The notes beneath the pieces are model-generated. The model was given only the letters and a program-made list of their open reading frames with translations. It was not told where the DNA came from and ran no database searches. DNA of 63,691 nt, the filler included, from Rhabdomonas costata (taxonomy: Eukaryota), in assembly GCA_019059605.1 (NCBI GenBank). It is 57 parts of 57 records of this genome, joined end to end, with 100 filler letters (N's around TTAATTAATTAA, not from the genome) between each part and the next. Parts side by side here need not be neighbours in the genome. Positions count along the whole stretch, not along the records: positions 50,379 to 51,397 come from JAHMHO010033188.1; positions 51,498 to 52,516 come from JAHMHO010033189.1; positions 52,617 to 53,635 come from JAHMHO010033190.1; positions 53,736 to 54,742 come from JAHMHO010033191.1; positions 54,843 to 55,861 come from JAHMHO010033192.1; positions 55,962 to 56,979 come from JAHMHO010033193.1; positions 57,080 to 58,098 come from JAHMHO010033194.1; positions 58,199 to 59,217 come from JAHMHO010033195.1; 49 more parts are not named here. One strand, written 5' to 3'. A program made the position numbers and the translations under genes. Every line of letters begins with the position of its first letter. Position 1 is the stretch's first letter. This document shows, one piece after another, positions 50,918-63,276 of the stretch.

Positions 50918-52617
50918 ATGGGCTGCGGCGACGTTCTGCGGAAAGGCAAACTCACTCAATCATTCACTTACTCACACTTCGCTCAGTTTCTCCGCTTGGT
51001 GCAGCCAAATACCGCTCCCTTTTGTCACAGACACTCCTGTCTGTCAGAGTCAGTGGTCTTCCTTTCCCCCATTCAGCCACCCGGTTTTCCACGTACCACC
51101 TCCACACACATACCACTCACCCTCACATTGCAGCCAGATGATCTTATATTCACATTCTCAGCCAGTATGCTGCCTCTGTCTCCCATCCTCCATAGTATCC
51201 ATAGCAGTACTTTATCACACCTCGGTGTACACCGCAGCCCGATCTGCCATTCCCTTCCGTGGTGCTTCCTTGGTAATTGGTTATGTGTGTTTGCGGAGGG
51301 GCGTTCACACAGATTTTTTCTTTTCGTTTGGGCTGAACGTGGCGATCCGGATTTTCCTCGGCTGTACTTGTACTATTGGGAGTATTGCCCAAACACCNNN
51401 NNNNNNNNNNNNNNNNNNNNNNNNNNNNNNNNNNNNNNNNNTTAATTAATTAANNNNNNNNNNNNNNNNNNNNNNNNNNNNNNNNNNNNNNNNNNNNGCC
51501 TCTGCTCGGTCGTTCGGGCCTTCTCATTTTGCCGAGGCGTTCGCGCGGGTCTTCTCCGGAGGCCGTAATCCTCTCCCTGAGAGCTTGTCTGAAACTTTGG
51601 AGGAGGTAGAGTCTCGCGTTGTAGTATTTTTCTGCGTGGTAGGCATTTATTTTTTGCGTTTGCCGCTTTTTTTCAAGCCCCAGGCGTTGAACCTCGGGTA
51701 ATGCCCCCACAAACGGGGGTCCCACAGTGCACAACAATAGACTACTGCGCCAGGCCATCGACCTGTGTTACTATTTGGCTTTGATTTATTGCTGTGAATA
51801 TGCTCAGTGTGTTGATGCTTAAAAAAGTAGTCACTATTAAGGGAGTCACTATTTGCTCTTTCCTATGCCTATCCTTTCTTTGTGCTGCAGAAATTTCACG
51901 TCAGTGAGAACGGGCTAATTATATTTTAAGGCTGCTTTTTTGTTTGCAGGCTGCTCGTACAAAGGTTGTACAATGCATGCTCTCGTGGAAGAACTTCATG
52001 AAGGCAGTGGTCGACGAGTATGCAGCGGAGAAGGTCCGTGTGGAGGCCGAAAATGTGGCCCTAGTGGAGAAAAAACGTGAAGGTGCTCATGTCTATTGGA
52101 TGGTTTTTTGTGTTTTAGGAGAGGTATACCACCTGGGAGGCCTGCTGTACACACAAAAGACCCCAGGCCTGCGTTGTCTTGGCCCTGTAGACCTCCACCA
52201 CCCTTTTCTTTTCTTTTGCTCTCTCCCGCCCCTGCGTCGGTGGCCTTCCCGTGGTCCTCTTGCGTTGCTTCGTCGTGCTTCATGTTCGCCGTGTCACTCT
52301 GATGGGCCCCCACTTCGTTGCTGCCCAGTCCCTTTGCTCTCGGTCCCAGTGTTGTTTTTAGTTTTTGTCACTCCCCTTCCCATCTTTTGTGCACTGTACT
52401 GTGCACGGTGTCTTTTTGTTCTGTGCACTTGTGGGTCTTGTGTTCAGCGGACAGTGGACATTGTGATCAGTTTAGGAGAGTTGCATTTTGCTAGCCACGT
52501 GCACTGCCATCCTCATNNNNNNNNNNNNNNNNNNNNNNNNNNNNNNNNNNNNNNNNNNNNTTAATTAATTAANNNNNNNNNNNNNNNNNNNNNNNNNNNN
52601 NNNNNNNNNNNNNNNNT

Positions 52618-52773
52618 GTTGTCCTTTTTAACCACTCAGACGAAGACCTTAACGTTACTATAGGAGACAACGTGGCGCAGCTCCTCCTTGAGAAGATTGC
52701 AACACCAGAAGTAATTGAGCACACCGAGCTGACAAGGACCGGCCGAGGAGGCCAAGGCTTTGGCTCCACAGAT
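52618..52773 (+). CDS. dut: Trimeric dUTPase C-terminal part, within a retroelement pol frame
   Basis: VVLFNHS...[12 protein letters not shown]...[12 protein letters not shown] corresponds to dUTPase motifs 4 and 5. Confidence 0.95.
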
Positions 52774-53635
52774 GCGCCGGGCCCATCCCCTGTATTTCCA
52801 GCGCATATGTCCTTGCCCTCGCAGCAGACAGCTCTCAGGAGCAAACTGGTGCCCTCCCCGCCGAGAAACGAACCGCACTTTCAGCTTTTTGCAATCTCCT
52901 CCGAAGTAGAACCAGAAGAAGTCTCAGAAGCTGAAAGGCAGCGCATCAGTCGCTTGGCAGAAAGTAAACTTAAGTCCAAGAGACGCAGAAAATTGTCCCC
53001 ACGCCGTTTGGTCGAAATGCAGTTGGACCTCAAAAACATCGATCACGAGGTCTGTGGACCACCCCGTCGCCAAGCACCGATCCCTGAGGAGGTTCTACAG
53101 GTGAACGGAGAGTTTGCTCACCTCTTTCCCGATAAACTACCGCCTGGTCTCACACCATCTTGACAGACAGACCATCGCATTGATCTAAGGGCAGATGCCA
53201 AGGTACCGGCACAGCGTCTCTACCGTCTGTCACCCCTCGAGGACAAAGAGTTGCAGCGTCAACTGAAGGAACTCCTCGACCTTGGTTTTATTGAACCGAC
53301 CGTTTCACCCTATGGGGCAGGTATTCTCTTTGCCCCAAAAGCCAACGGGAAACTGCGTCTTTGCGTCGACTACCGGCCACTCAATGCCATCACAAAGGTG
53401 GATGCCTACCCCCTACCTCGAATAGATGAAATGATCGATCAGGTAGGGAAGGCGCGTTACTTTACTAAGCTCGATCTCCACTCCGGATTCCATCAAATCC
53501 GAGTCCACCCTGACCACATCGAGCGCACTGCGTTTAAAACCAAATACGGCACCTATCACTACCGAGTTATGCCGTTTGGCCTCTGTAACGCTCCCTCCAC
53601 ATTCCAGCGTACCATGGACCTCCTTTTCTCCGACC
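52618..53635 (+). mobile_element. Ty3/gypsy LTR retrotransposon pol: dUTPase-linker-RT, with one in-frame TGA at 53161
   Basis: FPDKLPPGL...DHRIDL...YRLSP...SPYGA...LRLCVDYRPLN...YPLPRID...KLDLHSGFHQIR...TAF...MPFGLCNAPSTFQR, all in the same frame as the dUTPase. Confidence 0.97.
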
Positions 53636-56299
53636 NNNNNNNNNNNNNNNNNNNNNNNNNNNNNNNNNNNNNNNNNNNNTTAATTAATTAANNNNNNNNN
53701 NNNNNNNNNNNNNNNNNNNNNNNNNNNNNNNNNNNGGTGGGGTTTTCCGCAAGGTTGCAACGGTGGTACACTAAAGCCGGGTGTAAATGTTGGACCGACA
53801 AATTGGATCGGGTTTGCTTAGCATACTGAATGAAAAAAGCCCAGGAGCCCGGTGGCCGGAACTTCGGTTTGAAGCTGCTATAAAAAGGCCCAGAAACGTC
53901 TCGTCACCTTTGACTTGTCTGGAGCTGCGCTGTCCTTCCACCGAGGGTATAGCCGCATCACAAGCGCTTCCGTCTGCTCCGCTCTGCGGACAAAGTATGT
54001 GCGTGTGTGTCGATGGCGCGCTAACAGATACTGATTGATGCATATGATGATTCGGCGCGGTTTTGTCCCACCAAGCTCTGTTCGGGTAGCGCTTCTGTTT
54101 TCAATTCATCAGTCCCGGTGGCGGTAGTGTTTTATTGTATGATTGGTGCAGTACCATGGCAAACCATGCCTGTCGTCGCCCTTCCCACACGAAAACACTG
54201 AGTTCGGTGTTAATATAAACACTGGTGCGACTGCTGTCGGGCAGCGAAAGTCGATTGGAAGCCACAAAACCCGTGAAAGATCCTGCCACGCCGATCTCGT
54301 TTCTCGTTCAGGCGTTCAGGCGCAGCTTTGGCACCACCCCAACTTCCCTGTTCTGGGTAGCAACGCCTATTTGGGGACATATATTGCCTCGGCGCGCATG
54401 ATTAACCAGAACTTGTTCAGTGGCAAAACTTGATGACACCAGATTCACATGTGTTTTCCGGAGACATACGTGAGCTTTGCTGGAGGCTCTGTCCAAGCGT
54501 CCACCAATCTTTTAGCTGGAGGCTCAGTCAGCCTGGCCACACTCGACTTCTGCTCCTCGACCTAAAACCGCAACAATGAGCCAACCCCGGAATACAAGAA
54601 CGAAGGGGGTCCCCACATCCTGTTCTCATCCAAACACCCAGCTCGCTTCAAAAATTAAAAAAAGAAAAAGGAATCACCCGAAAGTTCGGAGAAAAATATC
54701 CCGAAAACTTATGGATTCAGTACTAAAAACGTGCCCAAACAANNNNNNNNNNNNNNNNNNNNNNNNNNNNNNNNNNNNNNNNNNNNTTAATTAATTAANN
54801 NNNNNNNNNNNNNNNNNNNNNNNNNNNNNNNNNNNNNNNNNNGGGGTTTGGGGCTTCCCGTGCTGTTCGGTCCCGCGCTGAAGCAGCGGGTTGAGTTCGA
54901 GTACTACATCAAGCCTGTTCTTGTGGGTGGTTCGCAGCTGGTCTTTCGCCTTGGGGGTCGCCAGGAGCAGGTTAGGAGCGTTTTGACTAGATGTTTGTGT
55001 TTGAGCAGCCTTTGGGCAGTAGCCGCTTTGCGAGCTCGGCGTGCCCGCGCTGCTGCGCGAGGTCCGCGGGTCGGTAAGTTTTTTATTCCTCTGCTTCTTT
55101 TTGTCCTGTTCTGTTTCTATCGGTTTTTTTACCCACACATCGCTTGCAAGGACAGCAGACCGATGGGAAGTGTTTTTTTTTGGCTTCACTGATTCGGTTT
55201 AGGACTATTGCAGTGCGTAAATGCAGCTATCTTTTGTGGGATGTTGTGTTCGCTGGACAATTCGGACGGAAGCCCTTTTCTGCTTCTTTTGGAATTGTTT
55301 CTTTGTCCTCTCCAGCGGAATCCAAGGAATCCAAGCAACCCAAGGCGCGTCCTTAAACCCTTAACTCCGCATCCGCAAGTGTCGCTTTCTCTGGACGCCA
55401 CGTGTCGCCAGCAGCTTCAAGATGTCACTGGAAAACATCTCTGGGATTCTTGGTTCGAAAATGAGTAAGGGGAGGAAATTGGGCCAGCAGCACCTCGGTC
55501 TGCTGTGTTCGATCGGAACAATGATTTTTCAACGTAATGGCTACTCGTGAGCTCCACCGCGGACACTTGACACGGCAACACTGGTTTTGTGAATGAGCCT
55601 GCAACTGCACACCGACCCGCAGCACCGATGATGTTGAGGGGGCGGTGGCTTGCCGACAATGTTCGTTGCACAGGGTTGTTCACCAGTTAGTCCCAGTTCC
55701 CGTTTGCCCCGCGAAAGGCGTGAGGTTGCAAGAGGGCCGAAGCCGAAGCATGCCCCGCGCTTTTTGTATTTTCCGGTTCACTCTAAGGCGCTGGGTGGGG
55801 GGTGGGGTGCAGTGATGCCACTGGGACCCCCCCCCCCATTTACGGTGCATTTTACGGACGCNNNNNNNNNNNNNNNNNNNNNNNNNNNNNNNNNNNNNNN
55901 NNNNNTTAATTAATTAANNNNNNNNNNNNNNNNNNNNNNNNNNNNNNNNNNNNNNNNNNNNGGTTGTGTGGGCGGGGACGTAACCTGGGGAGGCGTTGCT
56001 CGATATCAGGACGTGGGGTTACAGGTTGCTTGCTGACGTTCTCTTAGCAACAGGGTGAGGAGACCTTTGCTGGTCCAGGATGTCTTGGGCAAAGCGCGAC
56101 CGAGCGGCCCGAGATCCTAGGTGCTAAGTATGTTTAAAAGAGGGAGCGTCCATTTTGGGATGCCAGAAAGAAGACGATAGTGAACAGCATCAGAAAAGAT
56201 GACAGTAAACAATATCAACATTTTTGTGTTGCTACAGTGTTTACTAACGCCCTTTAAAAGGTGAGAGTAAACACTCTCATCTTTTTGACCTCACTGTCA

Positions 56300-56800
56300 A
56301 TAAATCCAGAAGCCATGGGCCGAGTCGCAGAACATTAGGGGCATGCAGGCTGGCGGGGGAAGACGGCGACATGTGAGGGGAGATAGACACAACAAATGAG
56401 AAGAGAGAACCAGGGGCGGCGGGGGAGGATGCGCGGTAGGTTTGGTTGCAGGAGAAGTTGTAGTAGACGTTGGTGACTGGAAGCCAGGAATGGTGTGGAC
56501 AAGGAGGAGGGGGGCAACCAACCACTGGAGGAATCCAAGGAGACGCTTTAGAGATCGGAAGGTCAGCGCGCAGGTGCTGAGAGACCACAGGTGTTGGAGT
56601 GCATACCCGAGGTGTTGGATACGAGAGGGCGTCTTGGATAGAGTAGGGATTTGGTGGGGATGCGGATTCGGGGCTCAGACAGAGCCCCGCAGAGGAGATC
56701 GAGATGAACGCAGCAATGGGAGGCAGCGGAGTCCAAACGTTCTTTCCCGGGTGGACAGAGCAAAGCAGGCGCCGAAAGTGTCGAAGCCCCAGGCGTTCAG
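56300..56800 (-). mobile_element. Decayed DIRS-like RT C-terminus and start of RNase H
   Basis: Motifs in order across frameshifts: IPTKSLLYP, LTFRSLKRLLGFLQWLVAP, PLMFCDSA. Confidence 0.55.
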
Positions 56801-57249
56801 CCCAACCCTGCAATCTGGAGCAGCTCCTTGCACCCCGCGACTTTGGCCGCGTATAACCCCGTAACCCCCCTCGCTGACCTCTGACAGTGTTGGAGTTGTA
56901 ATTACCCCCGACTGGCCGAATCAAAATCGAAACCTCCGAATGGTTCACAGACCCTTTCTCCCGCCATTTCCACCCCCCCNNNNNNNNNNNNNNNNNNNNN
57001 NNNNNNNNNNNNNNNNNNNNNNNTTAATTAATTAANNNNNNNNNNNNNNNNNNNNNNNNNNNNNNNNNNNNNNNNNNNNATGCGTGTTGTACTCTATGCT
57101 ATGGTGTCACGTCGTGGTGGGAATGCCTCTGGGTTGATTTGCCGTAGTGGATGTCGCCGAGACCGACATGCCCGGTACGTTGCTTCCGCGTCACTCCTTC
57201 AACCCTACGTGATGTCATGGTGTAGCGTCAACCAGATGCCTCGATGCCA

Positions 57250-57890
57250 ACATTCATATGGCGATGCATCCCAGTCCCCATTGTAGTGGAAGGTGGGATG
57301 GTCCAGCGGATCCCAGTATGCAACGTGGGAGGGTGAATGCTACCTACAATAACCATACAATGTGACACAGATTGCGCATGTTGGCACTACAACCACAGCA
57401 CTATGGCAGGATGCGTGGTGGTGACGTAATCCCAACCTCTGCTGCAAGGTGACACAAGTGTGTTACAGGTATCTGATGCCTGGTGATGCAATGCTACCAC
57501 TTTACGACCCACCGTACAATATAACGTCAGAAGCGTGACTCTGAGTGGTGATGTTGACATGGATAGGCTGATGCTGAGGCCACACTGATAAGATGCGTTC
57601 TTGAGGCACAGTTTTGTCACCATACACTCCGCTCACGTAAACCATCTACAGAGCTAATGGTGATGAGTGACAGAGTGAAGAATCTTGATTCTGATGTGCG
57701 GTAAGATTGAGTGGAGTAGCGTGCTGATGTTGATGCTTGCTACTGAGTTGAAGGGATGAAGTGTAAATGGCGCAGGATGATTTCTGCGTTTCAGTTGTCA
57801 TCGTTCCTGTTGAAAGAACATTAAGGCATTACTGGACTTAAGGACAAATGTGAGCCTTGATGGTGAAGTTGATGTCTTAGGGGCACGTTA
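57250..57890 (-). mobile_element. Decayed DIRS-like RT N-terminal half
   Basis: Motifs in order: APKTSTSPSRLTF, NHPAPFTL, MVTKLCLKNASYQ (compare KlDLknAyyq). Confidence 0.45.
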
Positions 57891-58398
57891 GTGATGATTC
57901 TCTGCGCTTGTGCTCATGGGGTCCTCTAACTCTCCGGTTTTTTGTCTCTTTATGTCGTCACTTTTTCCTCCTACCAGGCCCTTCACCTTTACTTTTACAC
58001 TAGTTGGAACGAGCGTGAGCACCTTAGTGTGGTGGAGCGAGTGAAAAAGACATTTAGGAAACTATTTATTCTCGGCCACCTGGCAGCCACCACCAACCNN
58101 NNNNNNNNNNNNNNNNNNNNNNNNNNNNNNNNNNNNNNNNNNTTAATTAATTAANNNNNNNNNNNNNNNNNNNNNNNNNNNNNNNNNNNNNNNNNNNNGG
58201 GGGTGGTGAAACAACCGTGTTGCGGCGACCTTTGTGGCGATCTGCTCGGTGACCTTCCTAGTGGTGCAGCTTTTCTTTTACCGGTTCATCCTGGTGTTCC
58301 ACCTGCGGACTTTGCTTCGTGGGCTTGTGGAGCTGCGGTCTGCGGTGGAGCACCCCCGGGAAGGGCCCGGCGGTGGCGATTCCGGAAGTGGGCTGCAG

Positions 58399-58652
58399 CC
58401 GCATGCATCTGTGTTTCTGGAAATCCGAGCCTTGCATCAGGTGATGTGTTGTGGTTTGCACGGGGGTTTGAAGGGCGTCAAGTTGTTTTAAACATTTCTA
58501 CAGTTTTGATGTTTCGAACATAGATCAAACTGCCGCCAAAAAGATGTCGGCTTTTTTTTCATAAAACGATGCGTCGGCGCGCACTCTTCCTGTCCAGTCC
58601 TGCGCTGCAGCCCCATACATCCGTGTTGCTGGAAATCCCAGCCTTACATCAG
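58399..58652 (+). repeat. Tandemly duplicated 42-nt exon-like units (58399-58440, 58611-58652)
   Basis: Both read ctgcag|14 codons|gt and encode PHASVFLEIRALHQ and PHTSVLLEIPALHQ. Confidence 0.65.
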
Positions 58653-59479
58653 GTTGTGTGTTGTGTCCTGCAGAAGGGGGTTGGCGGTGTGGAGTGATTT
58701 TGCACAGATCAGTCGCTTCGACCTTTCGAAGCTTGACGGAGCATTATCTTAGAACACGTCAGCGATGTTCCTATCATCCCCTCATCCTTTTCCTTTTGAT
58801 ACGCCCGCGAATGGCCTCATGATAACCATTCAGATCGTGTTTCGTGCATGGCCTGCAGTGCAGGGTAAAAACGGTACGATCCCCAAACAAAAATGGGGTT
58901 CCAGGTGAAGCGAAGGAGACGATGCCTGCGTCTTCCAGGGGAGGTTCAGCCTCTTGCTCCGGTGGGTAAGGCACGGGATTTTGAAGAATTGTGGTCTACC
59001 CAAGGGCGTAAGGTGCCTTTTCCCGTTCCTTGCTGTACAGCAAGAAGATTGTTCATTCCTTCTTCAGTCCACAATGTTACATGGACCTCAACGCTGCCAG
59101 GCTGCAGACTGTCCCTGATCCATTCCCGTGCCGCCTAAATACAGCATCCAGAGCATATATCAATTTTTCCAGTCAACTTTTCGATCGCTCACCCCCCCCC
59201 CAAAAAAAAAACACAACNNNNNNNNNNNNNNNNNNNNNNNNNNNNNNNNNNNNNNNNNNNNTTAATTAATTAANNNNNNNNNNNNNNNNNNNNNNNNNNN
59301 NNNNNNNNNNNNNNNNNTGTTGGTGGGGCCACCCGCTGTGATGGGTGAACCGTTGTTCTCCGGAGTCTCCGGGGCATGTCTGATTGGGACGAAGCCCCGA
59401 AAGTAATGAACGGGTTGTGCTCTGGCGGCTGCTCGTCTCTTGTGTCCTCTCCCTTAGCGGTGCCTGCCTTTGCTCACAG

Positions 59480-59552
59480 GTTTCGGGTCGGGATCAACAC
59501 CGACTCAGTGTTTGTCGGGAACTTCGGGTGCGATCACCGCATCAATTACACG
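59480..59552 (+). CDS. Class III adenylate/guanylate cyclase catalytic-domain exon
   Basis: FRVGINTDSVFVGNFGCDHRINYT fits RIGINTG.V.VGNiG...R.nYT; bounded by cacag| and |gtatgc. Confidence 0.85.
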
Positions 59553-62500
59553 GTATGCATGGAGGGGGGTCTTTTCTCCCCTTGACTGACATAACTGAAA
59601 AAGAATTCGATTTAAAAGGGGAAAAAGAGCAAGATTCGGAGTTCGCTGTAGTCTACACTCGCGCAGTCAAAATGTACAGACTTGAGTTGACAGGTATTTG
59701 ATTCTGGAAAGCTACGCAACAAAGATATTCACAGTATGGCTGGAAGGAGATGCAAAGAGCTTTTTGCTCTTGTATATTCCTGCCCTTTTGTTGTGAGTTT
59801 TCTCAAATCCCTTACACACTTGGAGTTTTTTGTCTGTTTTTCTGTGCTCGATGTGCATATTTCTTTCCTGTAAAACATCCTTTTTCGGCCTGGAATGTTA
59901 GAACCCGCGCGCAGCCGTTTCCTTGCTCGATACACGTTTTTGATTAGCGTTTGAAACCGGGTGTGTCCAGGTGCTAGGTGATGGGGTGAATCTGGCCAGT
60001 CGTCTGGAGGCCGCGAACAAGGTGACCGCCGCGAACCCCTCACCCTTGCTCACACCCTCGATGCCACAAAGCTAAATTGCTGCACTGCCCAGTAAGTAAA
60101 AGCGCGAGACTCTGAAAAACGGGATCTGATACTGTCTCCATGCAAACCCCAAGTCGTTTGTCAAGCCCAAGCCCGACAAGATGAGATTCTGAAAAGTGTA
60201 TCTCCTAATCCCAGAAGAAAGCTCCCAGCGGGGTGGTCTGGAGGATTTTGGGGTCATGCACACTTATGAGGGGGCGTTAGACGTCGAACGCCTCGTAACC
60301 CCAGGCATGTTGCTGGGTCCGCCCCCCCCCCCAACCNNNNNNNNNNNNNNNNNNNNNNNNNNNNNNNNNNNNNNNNNNNNTTAATTAATTAANNNNNNNN
60401 NNNNNNNNNNNNNNNNNNNNNNNNNNNNNNNNNNNNGGTTGTTTGCGGCATGGGGCGGTTAATGAAATACGAATTTTGGCCCATTCTGTTGTCCTTCACG
60501 TTGGTCAGTAGTGGTGGTGGGAACTTATTCCTTGCTGGGTTGTAGACAACAAAAAGCCGCCGGAACGGGCGGCTGAGGTGTGAAGGACATCGGGGAGTGT
60601 GTTGGGAGACAGGCTTTGGAAATTTGTTGGGGAGGCGCGTACCCCTCGCAACTGTAATCTTTCTGGGAATAAGGGGGGTGGTTAGGCGGGCAGCTGGGAG
60701 AAACGGGGTAGCGAAACACTACAGGCTTTGTGACCACCGCAGTACGCAGTACGGGCTAAGACAGACAAACAAAAATGAGCGGTTTGGGGAAGGGGCGTTT
60801 ACGCTTTCAAGTTTCATCTTATTTTGCTGAAAATCTGCACACACACATGCATACACATACAGATATCGGTGATGCCCGTTCACCCATCTGAAGGCTCAAA
60901 GGGTCGTTTCTGCGACAAAAAGGCCCCAGCCCCCCAAGGAAGGAGTGTGTAGTCTAAGAAACCCGAGCAGCAATGGAGCAATGCTGGTATCCGTTGGAAA
61001 AGAGCAGCTGCGTGACAATGGCCCGGGACCCGTGGGGCAGAAGGAAGGTTACCATTTGTGGAACGTTCAGCGGTGAGCTGGTACCCCACAGCGTCATTCG
61101 CTGCAACGTTTCCTCTCGCGAGCAACTTTGGCCAACAGCACGTCACAGTCAATCAGGCAACAGCCAGCGCGCAATGCGCCCCAACACGCACGCACACAAG
61201 CACACCCACCATATTTTACTTTGAACCAGGTGGCTTTCCCGTGTACACCTGGAGGGGATGGTATGGTGGAGACCCTTGGGAACAATGCTCGAGGAAATGC
61301 TGATCCGACAGGATCTCGGGATTTATGAAAACCCTTCACTGTTGGGACGGTGCTGGATAATTAAACCAGGGAGAGGTAGCCCGAGCGAATTCCGCTGAAT
61401 CTCTGTCGCGTTCCTTCAGTAAATTGTTTGTTTTTGTTGTTGCACCCCGACCTNNNNNNNNNNNNNNNNNNNNNNNNNNNNNNNNNNNNNNNNNNNNTTA
61501 ATTAATTAANNNNNNNNNNNNNNNNNNNNNNNNNNNNNNNNNNNNNNNNNNNNGTTGTTGTTGTGTACTTGTACTAGCAGGTCGCTGAAATCTGGACTGA
61601 GAGTGGGAGGAGCTGTTTTCAGCTTGGGTTTTAGTTGTGTTACTTGAGTCGTATCCATGTATCGAACGTCCCAGCTTGTTCTTGGTTGGATTCGAAGAAT
61701 GGTGTTGCCAGCGGATGTGCAGTGTGTGGTTCGGTATGCTTTGTTGGTCTGCTGCTCCTCATGAATGCACTTCGTTCAATCATTGGCTTATCTTGTTCTT
61801 GCCGAGCCAAGGTCTATTCGGTGGTCGCAAAGATGGTCGCAAAGAGGTTCGCCGGTCTGTTATTAAGAAGCAAAGGAGCTCACAGCCCGAGTACAAGTAG
61901 CTCCAAGTAGCTCTTTCCAGGAAAGATCACCTTGGGATATCATTTTCCTGAAAGCGGCACTCATTGACAACCGACAGACCCAAGGTGAGATGTCCGCTGC
62001 GCTTGTAGCTCTCTAGAAGAGCGCCCTCTGTTCGCTACTTGAAGACCTGCGAGACTGGTTGCTCGACCCGACAGCAGACCTCTGCAGACTCTGCGGTGCG
62101 AACTACCGCATCCCTGAGTGCCTGACGTACCGCCCGAGGTTGAGGCAGCTACAGAGGTGGTCTCTGTCGGCATCCCCTGTGGGAGGCCGCACCCACAGCA
62201 AGCGGCAGCTTCAGGAGAGGGAGGAACACACGGGAGAGGAGCTTTCGGCGACACAGCAGCTGGAAGAGATTCACGGCAGAAAATGAAGTCCCAGAGGCTG
62301 AGAGTGGAAACGGTCGAGTCTCCTGGCCCACCCGCGACACTTGTGAGCACTTGGCCACCTGTTGACTAGGCAGAAAAGGGCCACAGCTTCGGCTGCAAAG
62401 AACGAACCGACAGAGCCTGAACGGGGAAGCTCTTTTGGGAACCTTACAAAAGCTGTGTCAAAAAAACGATGGCCTGAGGAGGGCCCGAGCTTTACAGAGA

Positions 62501-62697
62501 TTTGGCAGCACGAGGCAACAGAACGAGATGCTACGGGAGCCATGCCAACATCCAGCCTATTGCAAACCAAAANNNNNNNNNNNNNNNNNNNNNNNNNNNN
62601 NNNNNNNNNNNNNNNNTTAATTAATTAANNNNNNNNNNNNNNNNNNNNNNNNNNNNNNNNNNNNNNNNNNNNGGGTGTTGTGAATTAGGTATGTCCC

Positions 62698-63276
62698 ATG
62701 ACCTCGGACCCAAAGTGCACGGCGAAGATAGCTCCCCAGACGTACCTCACCCGGCTTCGAGTCCGAGGTCATGGGACATACCTAATTCTCAACGCCGCGC
62801 ACCCGTACCAGCTCCTCCCCTATGCCTCGCCCAGCCGAGTGGTGATTGCGATGGAGGGGCGGAGCGCAAGGCCGTGGGCTGAGCTGCGCCAGGACGTCTG
62901 CGGGCTGACGGACCCCGCCAAAGCCCGGCCTGGCTCGATGCGGGCGGAGTTCCACAGAGTGAAAGAAAAGCTCAGGCTGGCCACCGTGGATTCATGCTCA
63001 AACTGCGTTCACATCTCCGCAGGGCCTCTGGAAGCTATGGTGGAGCTTCAGCGGTTTTTTAACTGCGAAGACAGCCCCGTGGGTGTGCGCGACACCTGGT
63101 TTGGGCGGCTTCTCATCGACACTCACGGAGCCCATGAGCATCGAGTACTGCAGATCTCGAAGAACCCCCACGTCGAGACTCCCGATAGCCGGACCCTGTC
63201 TCTGTTTGAGTTGACCGAGGAGATGGACGCGGAGCAGGCAGTGGGTGTGATTCAGCATTTGGCGCTGGAGAAGTAG
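62698..63276 (+). CDS. Atypical nucleoside diphosphate kinase-like domain, 3' end of gene
   Basis: WAELRQDVCGLTDPAKARPGSMR...NCVHISAGPLEAMVE contains the NDK G.T.P..A.pgSiR and N..H.S motifs, in a protist-type extended form. Confidence 0.85.
   Translation: MTSDPKCTAKIAPQTYLTRLRVRGHGTYLILNAAHPYQLLPYASPSRVVIAMEGRSARPWAELRQDVCGLTDPAKARPGSMRAEFHRVKEKLRLATVDSCSNCVHISAGPLEAMVELQRFFNCEDSPVGVRDTWFGRLLIDTHGAHEHRVLQISKNPHVETPDSRTLSLFELTEEMDAEQAVGVIQHLALEK

Noticed and set aside
53161-53163. Genome-wide TGA reassignment
   Set aside because: TGA appears to end the RRM frame at 50915-50917, conserved Trp positions use TGG, and the pol site aligns with Arg.
54090-54125. Hammerhead ribozyme core (CTGATGA-att-GAAA, - strand)
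   Set aside because: No room for stem II and no convincing stems I and III.
1021-62672. Regularly spaced TTAATTAATTAA as a CRISPR-like or biological repeat
   Set aside because: Always embedded in N runs; it is a synthetic six-frame-stop linker.
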